Shown piece after piece: positions 1 to 9,396 of a DNA stretch of 56,404 bases. This stretch comes from a virus (taxonomy: Duplodnaviria > Caudoviricetes): positions 1 through 56,404 of IMG/VR virus record IMGVR_UViG_3300012359_000004; one strand, written 5' to 3'. The stretch's first letter is position 1; each line of letters starts with the position of its first letter. The position numbers were made by a program, and so were the translations under genes. A model generated the notes under the pieces. That model did no database searches. It was not told the origin of the DNA and saw only the letters and a list, made by a program, of their open reading frames with translations.

Positions 1-105
1 AGCATCTCGAATGGTCACAAGATGCCCTGTTGGGTTGTCGGGCTGTCCTTCGATGTGGACACGACGCTTGAAGTCTGATGTCATATTCATGATTGTTCCT
101 TTCAC
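1..105. repeat. terminal direct repeat (copy 1); circular assembly overlap
   Basis: identical to 56300-56404. Confidence 0.97.
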
Positions 106-183
106 ACTAGAACAAACTAGCTAATTGTTCTGTAAGTCACGTGAAAAATATGCGTAAATCCATTTATAGCCTCTGCCTTAAGG

Positions 184-738
184 CTAACGGTAAATGCTCC
201 TCCACGCATCTCTTACCCACAATGCATCAGCTAAAGCGTTATGTTGATTGGCTGGTTGATCGGGAAGGTCAGAGGGAATAACATATTGCTCTTCAATGGA
301 CTGCTGCAAATCATTGGTGTACATCGGAAAACCTTCCGGCAAGTCCATCATGGTACCGAAAAGCTGACAAAAGACCACATGATCATAGGCTCCGTAGTCC
401 GCCCATAGTTCAGGCTTGCCATACTTTTTGATGTCCATGAAAGCGAGAATTTCAGAAGCAATCTGAGCACGAGAGCGCCAGGGACAAACAATCTTACCCA
501 GACTACCGGCCAGGCATTGACCACCCAAAAAGAAATGCCGCTCGTAGGAAAGATCAGGACAGGATACAAGATGCGGGAGCACGTTCTCTTTTACCCACGG
601 GTTAGCCTCTTCATCGTTAAACTCTGCCGATTGTAGGTACAGTTCTCTTCCGTCCTCACAGACAATTCCGATGCTGATAAGCTCAATGGGATATCCTGGG
701 CCTCTCTCAATGAGTTCTGTATCGTAAAAATAGCGAAT
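184..738 (-). CDS. DEDDh 3'-5' exoribonuclease, RNase AS-like
   Basis: frame extends upstream of the tracked ORF: RYFYDTELIE..LISIGIV..EDGRELY, YGAYDHVVFCQLFG, HNALADA; only plausible start is ATT at 738, 7 nt after GAGGAG. Confidence 0.85.
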   Translation of the reverse strand: MRYFYDTELIERGPGYPIELISIGIVCEDGRELYLQSAEFNDEEANPWVKENVLPHLVSCPDLSYERHFFLGGQCLAGSLGKIVCPWRSRAQIASEILAFMDIKKYGKPELWADYGAYDHVVFCQLFGTMMDLPEGFPMYTNDLQQSIEEQYVIPSDLPDQPANQHNALADALWVRDAWRSIYR

Positions 739-739
739 A

Positions 740-940
740 TTAGTGCTCCTCTCGTTTCTCGTTCTGTTGTTCTTTCAAAATCACGCTCCGATTGCCGTGC
801 AGGTACATCACGCGCTTCTCAGGTGGCAACTCGTGATGCAAGATCGTGCGCAGCGACCAGTACCACAGCCGGTTGTGCTGCAATTCCACGCGCCAGTCAC
901 ACAGCCAACAGATAAACTGAGCAAGGCGGTATTTCAGCAT
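740..940 (-). CDS. hypothetical protein
   Basis: GGAGG RBS; start overlaps upstream stop. Confidence 0.6.
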   Translation of the reverse strand: MLKYRLAQFICWLCDWRVELQHNRLWYWSLRTILHHELPPEKRVMYLHGNRSVILKEQQNEKREEH

Positions 941-1305
941 CACATCCCTCCGACAATGAAAGCAGCAATCGCTAATACTGTGATATGCACAACTTGATCT
1001 CCCCATAGAGCGACGTGTAATGCTATATCACCCTCTCGTGTCTGTCGATAGATGCGCCTCCACCATTGCAAAGGCACGCGAGTATCAACGAGCAAATGAA
1101 TAATGGCAATGATAGCAGCCATCCACAGAGGGAAAATGAGCAGTAAACCTATGAAATGGATACCGCTATGTACCCATGAAGCCGGATGTTTCAAAGACGC
1201 TTTATAGCGTGCCATCCAATCATTCTGCAAAAGCCAATCACAAAATAGATGGATAACAACGCCCCAAAGCAGGAGAGATGTTGCATGTAAATCGATAGTC
1301 AGCAT
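940..1305 (-). CDS. DUF3307-like membrane protein
   Basis: HLFCDWLLQNDWMA..K..HSGIH..HLLVD..GDQVVH motif set; hydrophobic. Confidence 0.8.
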   Translation of the reverse strand: MLTIDLHATSLLLWGVVIHLFCDWLLQNDWMARYKASLKHPASWVHSGIHFIGLLLIFPLWMAAIIAIIHLLVDTRVPLQWWRRIYRQTREGDIALHVALWGDQVVHITVLAIAAFIVGGM

Positions 1306-1306
1306 C

Positions 1307-1465
1307 CTACTGTCCTCGTATCCCCTCGTTGTGCTTACCCAACTTCGCATTGTGCTTGATGCGTTTCAGGTTCTGCGTCTGCTTGGTAACGACGCTCTTG
1401 GGAGGCGTCGCGCCGGTGTTGTAATTGATCTGGCCTTTGGGCGTATGTTGGGGTTGATTGGCCAT
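1307..1465 (-). CDS. small basic hypothetical protein (52 aa, not in ORF track)
   Basis: MANQPQHTPKGQINYNTG...IRGQ*, AGGAG RBS, fills the operon gap. Confidence 0.6.
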   Translation of the reverse strand: MANQPQHTPKGQINYNTGATPPKSVVTKQTQNLKRIKHNAKLGKHNEGIRGQ

Positions 1466-1468
1466 CGG

Positions 1469-1615
1469 TTATTGCTCCTTTTGCCGTAGTGCTTTTATTG
1501 GTGTAGGCTCATCGCGTTGCTGTTTCCATTTCGCGGCCAATGCGCTGCATACTATCAATGTGCTAAGCAGCACGGTAAAGCAGATCAATACGGTGATAAT
1601 AATGTGTTCGATCAT
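1469..1615 (-). CDS. small single-TM membrane protein (48 aa)
   Basis: MIEHIIITVLICFTVLLSTLIVC...; GAGG RBS. Confidence 0.55.
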   Translation of the reverse strand: MIEHIIITVLICFTVLLSTLIVCSALAAKWKQQRDEPTPIKALRQKEQ

Positions 1616-1616
1616 G

Positions 1617-1814
1617 CTACCTCGCTACTCTATCAAGCTGATCTACCAATCTGTGCGGATTGTGACGCCGTGTCCCCTCATCAGTAAGCGAGATAACACG
1701 CCCGCAATGCGTACAAACCCGTAACTCAGTGGTATCCTCAAATGCAAGGATTTGCGTCATGTTGATATGGTTACAGGTTGCAAAGCGGTAAAGCCGCCTT
1801 AATGCTTGTATCAT
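1617..1814 (-). CDS. small Cys/His protein
   Basis: GGAGG RBS, CNH..CTHCG; coupled to neighbour. Confidence 0.55.
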   Translation of the reverse strand: MIQALRRLYRFATCNHINMTQILAFEDTTELRVCTHCGRVISLTDEGTRRHNPHRLVDQLDRVAR

Positions 1815-1984
1815 GGTGCTATGCCCTCCTCTGGTTTTGGGTATTCTTCGTCCCACTTATCGCTTAGATCAATAGCAAGGACATCGGCAATTCTCCACAG
1901 ATACCACTGCTTATGGTGAGCCGCATCATTGTAAAGCGCCTCTGCTAGCAGGTGTTTAACCTCTGCTATCTGTTCAGGTGTCAT
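1811..1984 (-). CDS. conserved phage hypothetical protein (57 aa)
   Basis: MTPEQIAEV..DAAHHKQWYL..EEGIAP*; ATGA overlaps on both sides. Confidence 0.65.
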   Translation of the reverse strand: MTPEQIAEVKHLLAEALYNDAAHHKQWYLWRIADVLAIDLSDKWDEEYPKPEEGIAP

Positions 1985-2208
1985 GTGGCTTTCTCCTCAA
2001 TCTTCCAGCAATCTGGACTCTCTTCCGCGGTGATCTGATATGTCACGAGCCGCTGTTCAGGGTAAATCTGGTACACGCTCACCTCATAATGCTGAGCATC
2101 AATGATCTGTGTTGAAGCCAACCGAAACGGGATGTTTTGCCACTGCAAGTACAGACAGATTGCGCTCACAGCCTCGCCCATGTTCATTGGAGCTTCAACG
2201 GTTTGCAT
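1981..2208 (-). CDS. hypothetical protein
   Basis: ORF packed in operon. Confidence 0.6.
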   Translation of the reverse strand: MQTVEAPMNMGEAVSAICLYLQWQNIPFRLASTQIIDAQHYEVSVYQIYPEQRLVTYQITAEESPDCWKIEEKAT

Positions 2209-2210
2209 GG

Positions 2211-2966
2211 CTATGCCTTTCCTGGTAGCCAATTCTTACCGCCATAGCGTTCGCGCCTCTTGTTGACTTGCTTGACTAGCCCATCTAATGCCTCTTGTAT
2301 CGTTGGCGCAGAACTGCCTGTAGCCATAATGGCATCGTCATCACAATCCCAACTATTTTCACCCTTGCCAGGAATAGGAACGCCGCCAGGAATGTCAATA
2401 TCAAATCCCTTGCGCACAAGCGGCCAGGGCCAGCGCGGGCGTTTCCATGTCTGAACCATCGGCTTGATCTCAACGGGATAGGACGCCTCTGGCATCGTTA
2501 ATGTAGCCTGCTGCACTTCCCCGTACTCACAGGTGTACTTTTGCTTGCCTAGGAAGAAATCATCGATGTGGAATGTACCATGCCGCCACTTGGGCGTAGT
2601 AGACTTCCATACATGCTCGTCATGCCATACACGCCACCATAGCGCCCAGTGGTGAATAGCAAGGCTTGTTTCTTTACCGTGGCTATCACGAGCCGCTTTC
2701 CACTTTTGCAGCCAGGGCCAACGTTCAAAGGAAAGATACAGCCCAAATAACCGACATGCAACGCTTATGCGTAACTGATCTTCGCACCCACCAACGGTTA
2801 GATCAATATGAAAACTGCGAGTTGGAATGTTCCACTCAACGCCAAATACACCTTGAGGACGATGATGAAGCCATGCACGGCCATGCAACCATTGCTTAGT
2901 CGAGTCCTCTTTCTTCAAGTTCTGCCAATGCCAGAAGAAACCATGTTGTTTTTCTGCTATACGCAT
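2211..2966 (-). CDS. Trp-rich hypothetical protein
   Basis: 251-aa ORF directly after portal. Confidence 0.75.
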   Translation of the reverse strand: MRIAEKQHGFFWHWQNLKKEDSTKQWLHGRAWLHHRPQGVFGVEWNIPTRSFHIDLTVGGCEDQLRISVACRLFGLYLSFERWPWLQKWKAARDSHGKETSLAIHHWALWWRVWHDEHVWKSTTPKWRHGTFHIDDFFLGKQKYTCEYGEVQQATLTMPEASYPVEIKPMVQTWKRPRWPWPLVRKGFDIDIPGGVPIPGKGENSWDCDDDAIMATGSSAPTIQEALDGLVKQVNKRRERYGGKNWLPGKA

Positions 2967-2979
2967 GTTCTATCTCTTT

Positions 2980-4644
2980 CTACTTTGTTGCTACAGGCTC
3001 ATTCACCTGATTGTCTGGTTGATCTAGTGGTGGTTGCTGCTTCGCCTGGACAATCTGCAATGCCTTATCCTGTTGTGCCTGCTGAACTTGATTGGCCTTC
3101 TCTTGCAACGCTTGCAATTCGCCTATCTCTTCATCTGTCCAGCCCTCGTCCTTGAGCACCAATTCCAGCGGAACGCCCGCATCAACCGCCATTTTGACCC
3201 CTGTCCACATCGCCTGCTTTTCCAACGCTATTTCATATTTTGTTGGCCTGAGCAACGGACGCGGCATAATCGCCATGTCCAAATCGCCTTTGGTGTACGA
3301 GTCCAGGTTGAACGGCCTGAACTTTTGCTGTTGCCTATTGAGTGTGCCCCACGCGCCACCATTAGCACGAAAACCAGCGATGGCTGTAGCCATTTGGAAA
3401 AGTTTGATATTTCCCTGGTCATATGCGGCGGCAGCTTCACTAAAGCGAGAGTTCACATCTCCTACCAAACGCTCAGCCGCCGGTCCGGTGACCTGGGACA
3501 TGCCCCGAAGCTCCTTGTAGAACACCAATTCAGGGTGACTCTCTTCAATCTCTTTCTGAACGCGCCCAATTTCCAGGTCAGCTTCTGCCAAACTGAGATT
3601 GCCAACGAGGCTTTCCACGTGTGCATCAGCAGGTCCTCCGAGCATCAGCAAGCTTTCCTCATCGCCTGTTGGATAGGTAAAATCGGTCGTTGCGCCACGT
3701 TTGGGCTTATCAAATAAATTGGCAACTCTGCCAGAGCTCGCAATCAGCATTGGCGCGCCAATAATCTTATGGATTTGGTCATTGACGTGGCTTGCAAGAT
3801 TGTTCAACTCGTCTATTTTCCCGATACTGCCTGCAATGCAGGGGCTACCATGGGTACCGCCAATGTCAGTATGCTTTATCCACACAGCAGGCACGAAGCC
3901 ATACGGGTTCTCAACGACCGAGTTCCCATCGTAGCCGAACGGTGCCCCATCTTTGAAGTACCTGAACTGACGATCATCTACCTCTTTGCGATAGATATAC
4001 GAGGTCAGTTCGTCCCTGGCCTGATACTCGAGCGCATACGCCTTCACATTGCCAGCCGGATCAAGCTTGATCTCATTCACAAAGCCTGGCCATTGCACTT
4101 CAGCGCTGACCGTACCATCCTCCACGTCGTCTACCACTTCGATCAAGACAGAGCCAAGTGCTGCACCGTAGCGCACCTGTACCGACTTACGGGCTTGCCA
4201 GTTGCTCCACTGCCAGAATTGCGCTACAGCATCCTTAAGAGCAAGCGGTGTGTCCTGGGAGAATGGCACTGCTAATTGCACACCATCGGGCAACATGGCA
4301 CCGTCTTCAGAGAGCACGCCTGGGTAAATCTGGCCTGCGTAGAAGTCCACGAGGCGACGGGTGGGATTGTAGATCAAGCGAATATTGCGATAGAGGTTGT
4401 AGTTTTGCTTGTAGAGCTGCCACCCATTGGCAGAGACCTGCCACGTCGTGTTGAGATTGCCATTGAAGATGCTGGCCACCTTCTCGAACATGGCCCCGTT
4501 GTAGTACGCCCACAGGAGGTTGTACATCGAATATTGGTTGAGGTACAAGCCTTCCTGGTGAGCTTGTGAAGGGTCTTCAAAAACCCGTCGGGCGGCGGTA
4601 TAAGCTGCAATAGAAGCGTTAATCATCGTTCCAAGAATTCCCAT
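2980..4644 (-). CDS. portal protein
   Basis: 554 aa, downstream of terL, NPYGFVPAV motif, LWAYYNG N-terminal motif. Confidence 0.85.
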   Translation of the reverse strand: MGILGTMINASIAAYTAARRVFEDPSQAHQEGLYLNQYSMYNLLWAYYNGAMFEKVASIFNGNLNTTWQVSANGWQLYKQNYNLYRNIRLIYNPTRRLVDFYAGQIYPGVLSEDGAMLPDGVQLAVPFSQDTPLALKDAVAQFWQWSNWQARKSVQVRYGAALGSVLIEVVDDVEDGTVSAEVQWPGFVNEIKLDPAGNVKAYALEYQARDELTSYIYRKEVDDRQFRYFKDGAPFGYDGNSVVENPYGFVPAVWIKHTDIGGTHGSPCIAGSIGKIDELNNLASHVNDQIHKIIGAPMLIASSGRVANLFDKPKRGATTDFTYPTGDEESLLMLGGPADAHVESLVGNLSLAEADLEIGRVQKEIEESHPELVFYKELRGMSQVTGPAAERLVGDVNSRFSEAAAAYDQGNIKLFQMATAIAGFRANGGAWGTLNRQQQKFRPFNLDSYTKGDLDMAIMPRPLLRPTKYEIALEKQAMWTGVKMAVDAGVPLELVLKDEGWTDEEIGELQALQEKANQVQQAQQDKALQIVQAKQQPPLDQPDNQVNEPVATK

Positions 4645-4663
4645 TCCACTATCCTACTTCACC

Positions 4664-5023
4664 TTAATAAGTCACCTCGTAGATATTGCCAACAATTTCA
4701 CATTTGGTATCCTTGATGAGATATAAGCCTGCCCGATAGTAGACAGGTTGCGGGCCTCCATGCCATGCTAATTCAAATTCGGCTGTCGTCTCGTCCCACT
4801 GAACTTTCCACAAAATACCCTCATAGCTTTTCAGCACATCCCCCTCGTATACATCCTTGCCTGCTTTGTCTTTGATGCCAGTGAACTGCATGATCTCATA
4901 ATCACCCTCTAAGTCTTCAGGAATAGAGCGTATGGCATTCTCTTCAAACCAATACAGGTCTACATATCGCATTGCATTTCCAAATGGCGATCTTTCCCAC
5001 GCTCTGAATTTAATCTCTCTCAT
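4664..5023 (-). CDS. yopX: YopX family protein
   Basis: MREIKFRAW..MQFTGIKDKAGKDVYEGD..EIVGNIYE. Confidence 0.95.
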   Translation of the reverse strand: MREIKFRAWERSPFGNAMRYVDLYWFEENAIRSIPEDLEGDYEIMQFTGIKDKAGKDVYEGDVLKSYEGILWKVQWDETTAEFELAWHGGPQPVYYRAGLYLIKDTKCEIVGNIYEVTY

Positions 5024-5034
5024 CGCTAATCCCC

Positions 5035-5262
5035 TCAACGCATCATATTGCGTCGTTCATAGATGCGATACGCGCCAGGAAGCGCATCCCTGACCAGTTC
5101 AGCAGCGCGCGCCATCATTTCTGCTGATACGTATGGACGTTCTATCGGTAATTGATCTGTTTCCAAGGCTAGGGCATACTCATATCCTCTTTGGCTAATT
5201 TGGTTACGACTAAAGCCCGCGCTTATCAAATTAGCCATGAACTCTTCAACTTGTTCTTTCAT
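5035..5262 (-). CDS. hypothetical protein
   Basis: ORF between terL and yopX. Confidence 0.6.
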   Translation of the reverse strand: MKEQVEEFMANLISAGFSRNQISQRGYEYALALETDQLPIERPYVSAEMMARAAELVRDALPGAYRIYERRNMMR

Positions 5263-5273
5263 GACAATCCCTT

Positions 5274-6830
5274 CTAATATCCCACATAACTACGCAGCGC
5301 CTGCGCGGTTTCTTCGTCCATTGGCTCTACATCCTTCGCTTCCTTCACAATCGTGGCAATCATGCTCTGATTATCCACCTGATCGTCATGCGCGTCTTTC
5401 GGGAAGGTATAAAGCTCTTTGCGCCACGCCTCTAACCACGAGGCATTCTTGAGAAAATACACATTTCCCAGTTTCATCCAAATAGCGGCACTGCCAGCAC
5501 GAACCATTTTGTCGCCCTTTGGGTGGAATTCCTCGCAGGGCACACCCTTTTCCAGCATGAATTGCCCAAACGCGCCTTGGTACGCCACGTCTTCAAACCA
5601 GAACGATTGAAACCGATCATCCAGGTAGGCCAGATAGACCTTGTACCCTTCCTCGATCTGCTTTGGAATGCGGAGATGCGCACGAAAGACGTACAATAGC
5701 AATATCTCTTTGGCAGGTGTCACAGCCCACACACAAAATACCGTAAAATCGTTGTGCTCTTTGGCTTTGGCGGCTACATCGGAGGTCATGATGATCTTAC
5801 AGCCAGACAGAACCACCGGCTTAATGCCGTCCGGTGTTTCGAGGAGATACAGGTTCGCTTGATGGTCAACGGTGAACAATCGTTCATATTGCGCCTCGAA
5901 GACAAAGCCGCCGGGTGGGACTGCTGCTTGCTGGAATTGACACGAGTAGGGAAGCGTGGTCATATCGTGCTTCAGTTGATCGAGGTTTTCTTGTGTGAAT
6001 TTCTCAGGCCAGAGCAATTCGCCTTCCATCTTGCGCCAGTCTTGCCCTTCCCAAACATCCTTTTTATAGACACTTGTGGAACACTTGCGCTCAGGCATGT
6101 ATTCAGCAGGCAGGTTCAGATGTTCCCAGCCACCTTGCTCTAAGATGTGGCCTGAAATGTCTTGTTGATGGATGCGTTGCCCAACGACAACCATTGCGCC
6201 TTTTTCACGGTCGTTTAGTCTCGATTGCCACGTTTCCCGAAACCACGTAAGCGCGTTTTCTCGTGAGACGGCTTTTCGTTCCAAGCTTCCATCATGAGCT
6301 GGGTGAGGGTCATCGATAAGGAGGCGGTTTCCGCCTTTTCCCGTCCCGCTTCGAGCTCCAACAGCAGTACAAAGATGATAGCCGCCTTTGTCGTTATCGA
6401 AGTTCGCTTTTTCATTTTGGTCCCTCGTCAACTTGAAGAGATGCCCATAGCGGGCCTGAAACCAATAATGCTCAATAACATTCCTGCACCTTCGGTTATC
6501 GCGTTCTGCCAGATCACTCACATACGAGGCACACAACCACTGCTCACCAGGGTCATTAATCCAGCTCCACACGCGCCACAACACGGATACAATGCTACTC
6601 TTTGCATGTCTTGGCGGCATATTGATAAGCAATCGCAGGATTTCACCACGTGAGACGGCTTCAAGGTGCTCACAAATCGCGTCAATGTGCTTACCGTCTA
6701 CGAAGGGTACAGGGTCAATCAACGGCCATGCAGCAACAACGAACGGCTTGAGATGACGGCGCATACGTTCCGCTTCAAGCAATTCATCATAGCTTAACTC
6801 TTGTGGCTGTGATTTCACCAATGTGAGCAT
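5274..6830 (-). CDS. terL: terminase large subunit
   Basis: INMPPRHAKS Walker A, LLIDDPH Walker B, C-terminal HDDQVD nuclease motif. Confidence 0.96.
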   Translation of the reverse strand: MLTLVKSQPQELSYDELLEAERMRRHLKPFVVAAWPLIDPVPFVDGKHIDAICEHLEAVSRGEILRLLINMPPRHAKSSIVSVLWRVWSWINDPGEQWLCASYVSDLAERDNRRCRNVIEHYWFQARYGHLFKLTRDQNEKANFDNDKGGYHLCTAVGARSGTGKGGNRLLIDDPHPAHDGSLERKAVSRENALTWFRETWQSRLNDREKGAMVVVGQRIHQQDISGHILEQGGWEHLNLPAEYMPERKCSTSVYKKDVWEGQDWRKMEGELLWPEKFTQENLDQLKHDMTTLPYSCQFQQAAVPPGGFVFEAQYERLFTVDHQANLYLLETPDGIKPVVLSGCKIIMTSDVAAKAKEHNDFTVFCVWAVTPAKEILLLYVFRAHLRIPKQIEEGYKVYLAYLDDRFQSFWFEDVAYQGAFGQFMLEKGVPCEEFHPKGDKMVRAGSAAIWMKLGNVYFLKNASWLEAWRKELYTFPKDAHDDQVDNQSMIATIVKEAKDVEPMDEETAQALRSYVGY

Positions 6831-7300
6831 TAGCCAGCCCTCCTGATCGGTTTCACCTTCGATGCCTCGGCTTCCTTGCGTCCATTGGCGGCTTTAATAA
6901 TAGGCTCAATGATAGCTAATTCTTCATCAGTGCAATAGCGCAACACATCGCGCAAATCATACGGGCTGTTTTCTTGCTCAGTGGGGATAATCAATTTGAG
7001 CTTGATGTACTGACTCAGAGCATCGGCAAAAAGTTTATGTTGGTTGAGTCCAATAAGACCATCTCCATCAAGAAAAGTTGCCAGATGGTTGAGAGCCTTT
7101 TGAACAATCTCTAATTCTGGCAATTCAGAAGAGTTATCACTGATAACCTGATTTTGGGGGATGATAACAGGAACGATAACCCATCGTTCCTTCGAGGCTT
7201 TTTTAGAAATTGCCGCCTGGGAGATGTTGTACTTTGTGGCAAGCGACCGCTGGGAAATACCTGACTCATATTCTTGTCGAATTGCACTCCAATCAGGCAT
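6830..7300 (-). CDS. terS: terminase small subunit
   Basis: MPDWSAIRQEYESGISQRSLATKY..W HTH; overlaps terL start. Confidence 0.85.
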   Translation of the reverse strand: MPDWSAIRQEYESGISQRSLATKYNISQAAISKKASKERWVIVPVIIPQNQVISDNSSELPELEIVQKALNHLATFLDGDGLIGLNQHKLFADALSQYIKLKLIIPTEQENSPYDLRDVLRYCTDEELAIIEPIIKAANGRKEAEASKVKPIRRAG

Positions 7301-7302
7301 CT

Positions 7303-7566
7303 TTACTTCTCCTCAACGACAAGGCACCAGGCGTCAGACCTGCCAGCCATGATACTTGAGCAAAAGCGGTGCTTGCCATTGCGTATACCGAACATGGAAG
7401 GCCCGGAAGGTCTCACCACGAGCGGATCAACGTCCAGCTCAGGATGATCGAGTAAGAGTTGCAGGTAGAGCGCGAACCTTTCAGGGTAGCAAGCTTCAGT
7501 CTCCGTAACATGTAACTGGCTCAAGGGAATACGACGGATGGAAAGTTTTGCACCTGACGGAATCAT
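7303..7566 (-). CDS. ParB/Srx-like N-terminal domain protein
   Basis: IPLSQL..DPLVV..IRNGKHRF motif. Confidence 0.65.
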   Translation of the reverse strand: MIPSGAKLSIRRIPLSQLHVTETEACYPERFALYLQLLLDHPELDVDPLVVRPSGPSMFGIRNGKHRFCSSIMAGRSDAWCLVVEEK

Positions 7567-7766
7567 TCGCTACCTCGACACATACATTGTTCAACCGGCT
7601 TGAATGCGATCTTGAGCATTTCTGGATTGACAGGCTTGCGCACTGCTGCTGGGTCGCCATAGAAGGGATAGGACAGCGTGACCAGGAAGTCGCCCACGAC
7701 CTTTTTGCAATGCGGGCACACTGCGAGAGCAGGCCCAGATGTTACGCCAGCATGAATAATTTTCAC
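7563..7766 (-). CDS. small zinc-ribbon-like protein
   Basis: CPHC..CMC; ATGA overlap. Confidence 0.55.
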   Translation of the reverse strand: MKIIHAGVTSGPALAVCPHCKKVVGDFLVTLSYPFYGDPAAVRKPVNPEMLKIAFKPVEQCMCRGSE

Positions 7767-7770
7767 TGTC

Positions 7771-7911
7771 TTATCTCCCTAGCATCACATGCACGATCAT
7801 GAACACGAGCAGCACGCGCCACGCCTCCACAGTGACGATGAAGGCCACGAGGAAGGCAGGGAACAGGCACAGGAATGACCATCGGTAGTGCAGCGCCTCT
7901 TTGTGTGTCAT
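7771..7911 (-). CDS. small membrane protein
   Basis: hydrophobic 46-aa ORF at the head of the late operon. Confidence 0.45.
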   Translation of the reverse strand: MTHKEALHYRWSFLCLFPAFLVAFIVTVEAWRVLLVFMIVHVMLGR

Positions 7912-8012
7912 GATGCCTAAGTCACAAGCGGGTGTGTGGGCTGGTTTCGCCACTCGACAGCCCCTAGAGAACGTCATTGACCCCACACGTTACCGTCGAG
8001 TGGCTTGTGTAA

Positions 8013-8042
8013 AGCATACAGGCTAGTTCGTTCGTACGTCAA
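8013..8042 (-). promoter_or_regulatory. sigma70-type promoter for the terminase/late operon
   Basis: TTGACG-18 nt-TATGCT. Confidence 0.6.
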
Positions 8043-8114
8043 CGATTTGGGGGAAGTGACGATATTTTGTTGGGGAAAAACCTATGGTATACTGGAGAAA
8101 ACTGATAAGGAAGC

Positions 8115-8378
8115 ATGATGAAAAGCAAAACACCGATAGAAGATAGAATGTTCATTGAAGCGTTACAATCTAAAGATTTTCGGAAACGGTTTCGATCACT
8201 TTTGAAGTATATTTGCAATTCATGGACAAAGATACAAAACTGGGCACAATCGCTTGATGACCATGACGCGCTGATCATTATGGCCTTGTACGATGAAGAC
8301 CTGAACCGCAATCTGTTCGGAGACGAGCGCTACGAACAACTACAGCCATTGATTGAAGGGGGAAACGATGCCAGTTGA
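8115..8378 (+). CDS. hypothetical protein
   Basis: TGGTATACT extended -10 and AAGGA RBS upstream. Confidence 0.65.
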   Translation: MMKSKTPIEDRMFIEALQSKDFRKRFRSLLKYICNSWTKIQNWAQSLDDHDALIIMALYDEDLNRNLFGDERYEQLQPLIEGGNDAS

Positions 8379-8589
8379 CTTGGAGGCTATCAAGACTGAT
8401 ATGCCTATTTCCGCTTTGGTCGATCTACTGAAGTCAATGGACGCCCTGACGGATGAAGAGAAAAAACAAGTCGCGCAAAAGCTAGAGGCGATTGGCCTGG
8501 AAATTGGGCATTTTGATGATTATCGCTTCACAGAGTTTGGCGTGCGTGCGAGCGATGGCACAAAAGACGCCTGGCAATGGTGGCTGTAG
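8368..8589 (+). CDS. hypothetical protein
   Basis: GGGGG RBS, overlaps previous gene. Confidence 0.6.
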   Translation: MPVDLEAIKTDMPISALVDLLKSMDALTDEEKKQVAQKLEAIGLEIGHFDDYRFTEFGVRASDGTKDAWQWWL

Positions 8590-8591
8590 CC

Positions 8592-8813
8592 TCACGCGAT
8601 ATCCGGCAACACTGACCTGATCTTCCCTGATTCCATTTCCGCCAGCTTGTGTAACGGCGCGATATACGCCCCATGCCATTGCCCCTGCTCGTCCCGTTTC
8701 GCTGCCCCTGCGTACCATCCACTGCGTTTGCGACTGAGATGCGGCGTCCATCCACAACGACGGAGGATGCGCCGGAGACGTGCTGAAGACGCCTCGAATT
8801 GCTCTTTGCTCAT
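8592..8813 (-). CDS. small basic hypothetical protein
   Basis: convergent ORF, Arg-rich. Confidence 0.5.
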   Translation of the reverse strand: MSKEQFEASSARLRRILRRCGWTPHLSRKRSGWYAGAAKRDEQGQWHGAYIAPLHKLAEMESGKIRSVLPDIA

Positions 8814-8881
8814 TTCCACGGTACCCCACACGAAATATGATATATTGCTAGAACGAATGAGCGAACAGGAAGGAGGATTTT

Positions 8882-9109
8882 ATGAACGAGGACACAGAAC
8901 AGAAATTGCACATTCCTGCTTTGACAGAAGAGGAGAAAGAGGAATGGCGAAAAGTCGGTGAAAAGCTTTGCGAGAGCGTTGTTAAAATGTTCGAAGGCTT
9001 GGCTGCAATGGCAGAGGAAGTTAATCGCCACTTGGAAGTCTGGCAGCATGAGCAGGCAGAAACGAACAAGCGAAAGTTGACCATCGTGCCTCCTGATAAC
9101 GAACAATAA
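8882..9109 (+). CDS. hypothetical protein
   Basis: AGGAGG RBS. Confidence 0.65.
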   Translation: MNEDTEQKLHIPALTEEEKEEWRKVGEKLCESVVKMFEGLAAMAEEVNRHLEVWQHEQAETNKRKLTIVPPDNEQ

Positions 9110-9329
9110 ATCATATCGCCCGCCTGGAGGAATTGATGAAATGGGGGTAGGGGCCATGGCAGGTTGCTTGTCCAAGGAGTGCCAAACGATTTGTAGGATG
9201 TGCCATGGCTCCTATGGGTAGAACGAACGAGAAGCCATCAGGGGGGGCAAGCGAGGATTGCATAGGGAATGTCAAGGGAAAACTCGCTTGCCGTTAGACG
9301 CGTCTGCTGAAAGTGTAACACAAATATTC

Positions 9330-9358
9330 TTGAAAAATCAAGAAATATCCTGTATAAC
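9330..9358 (+). promoter_or_regulatory. promoter of recombinase 1
   Basis: TTGAAA-17-TATAAC. Confidence 0.55.
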
Positions 9359-9396
9359 TTAACTAGGAATGTCAACAATACCCACCTCGTAACAGC

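Noticed and set aside
1-105. biological terminal repeat of the virion DNA
   Set aside because: it falls across a gene start, away from terS, and is more simply an assembler overlap
9148-9214. 14-bp hairpin as an sRNA or toxin-antitoxin locus
   Set aside because: no convincing promoter or well-spaced RBS; probably a terminator-like structure
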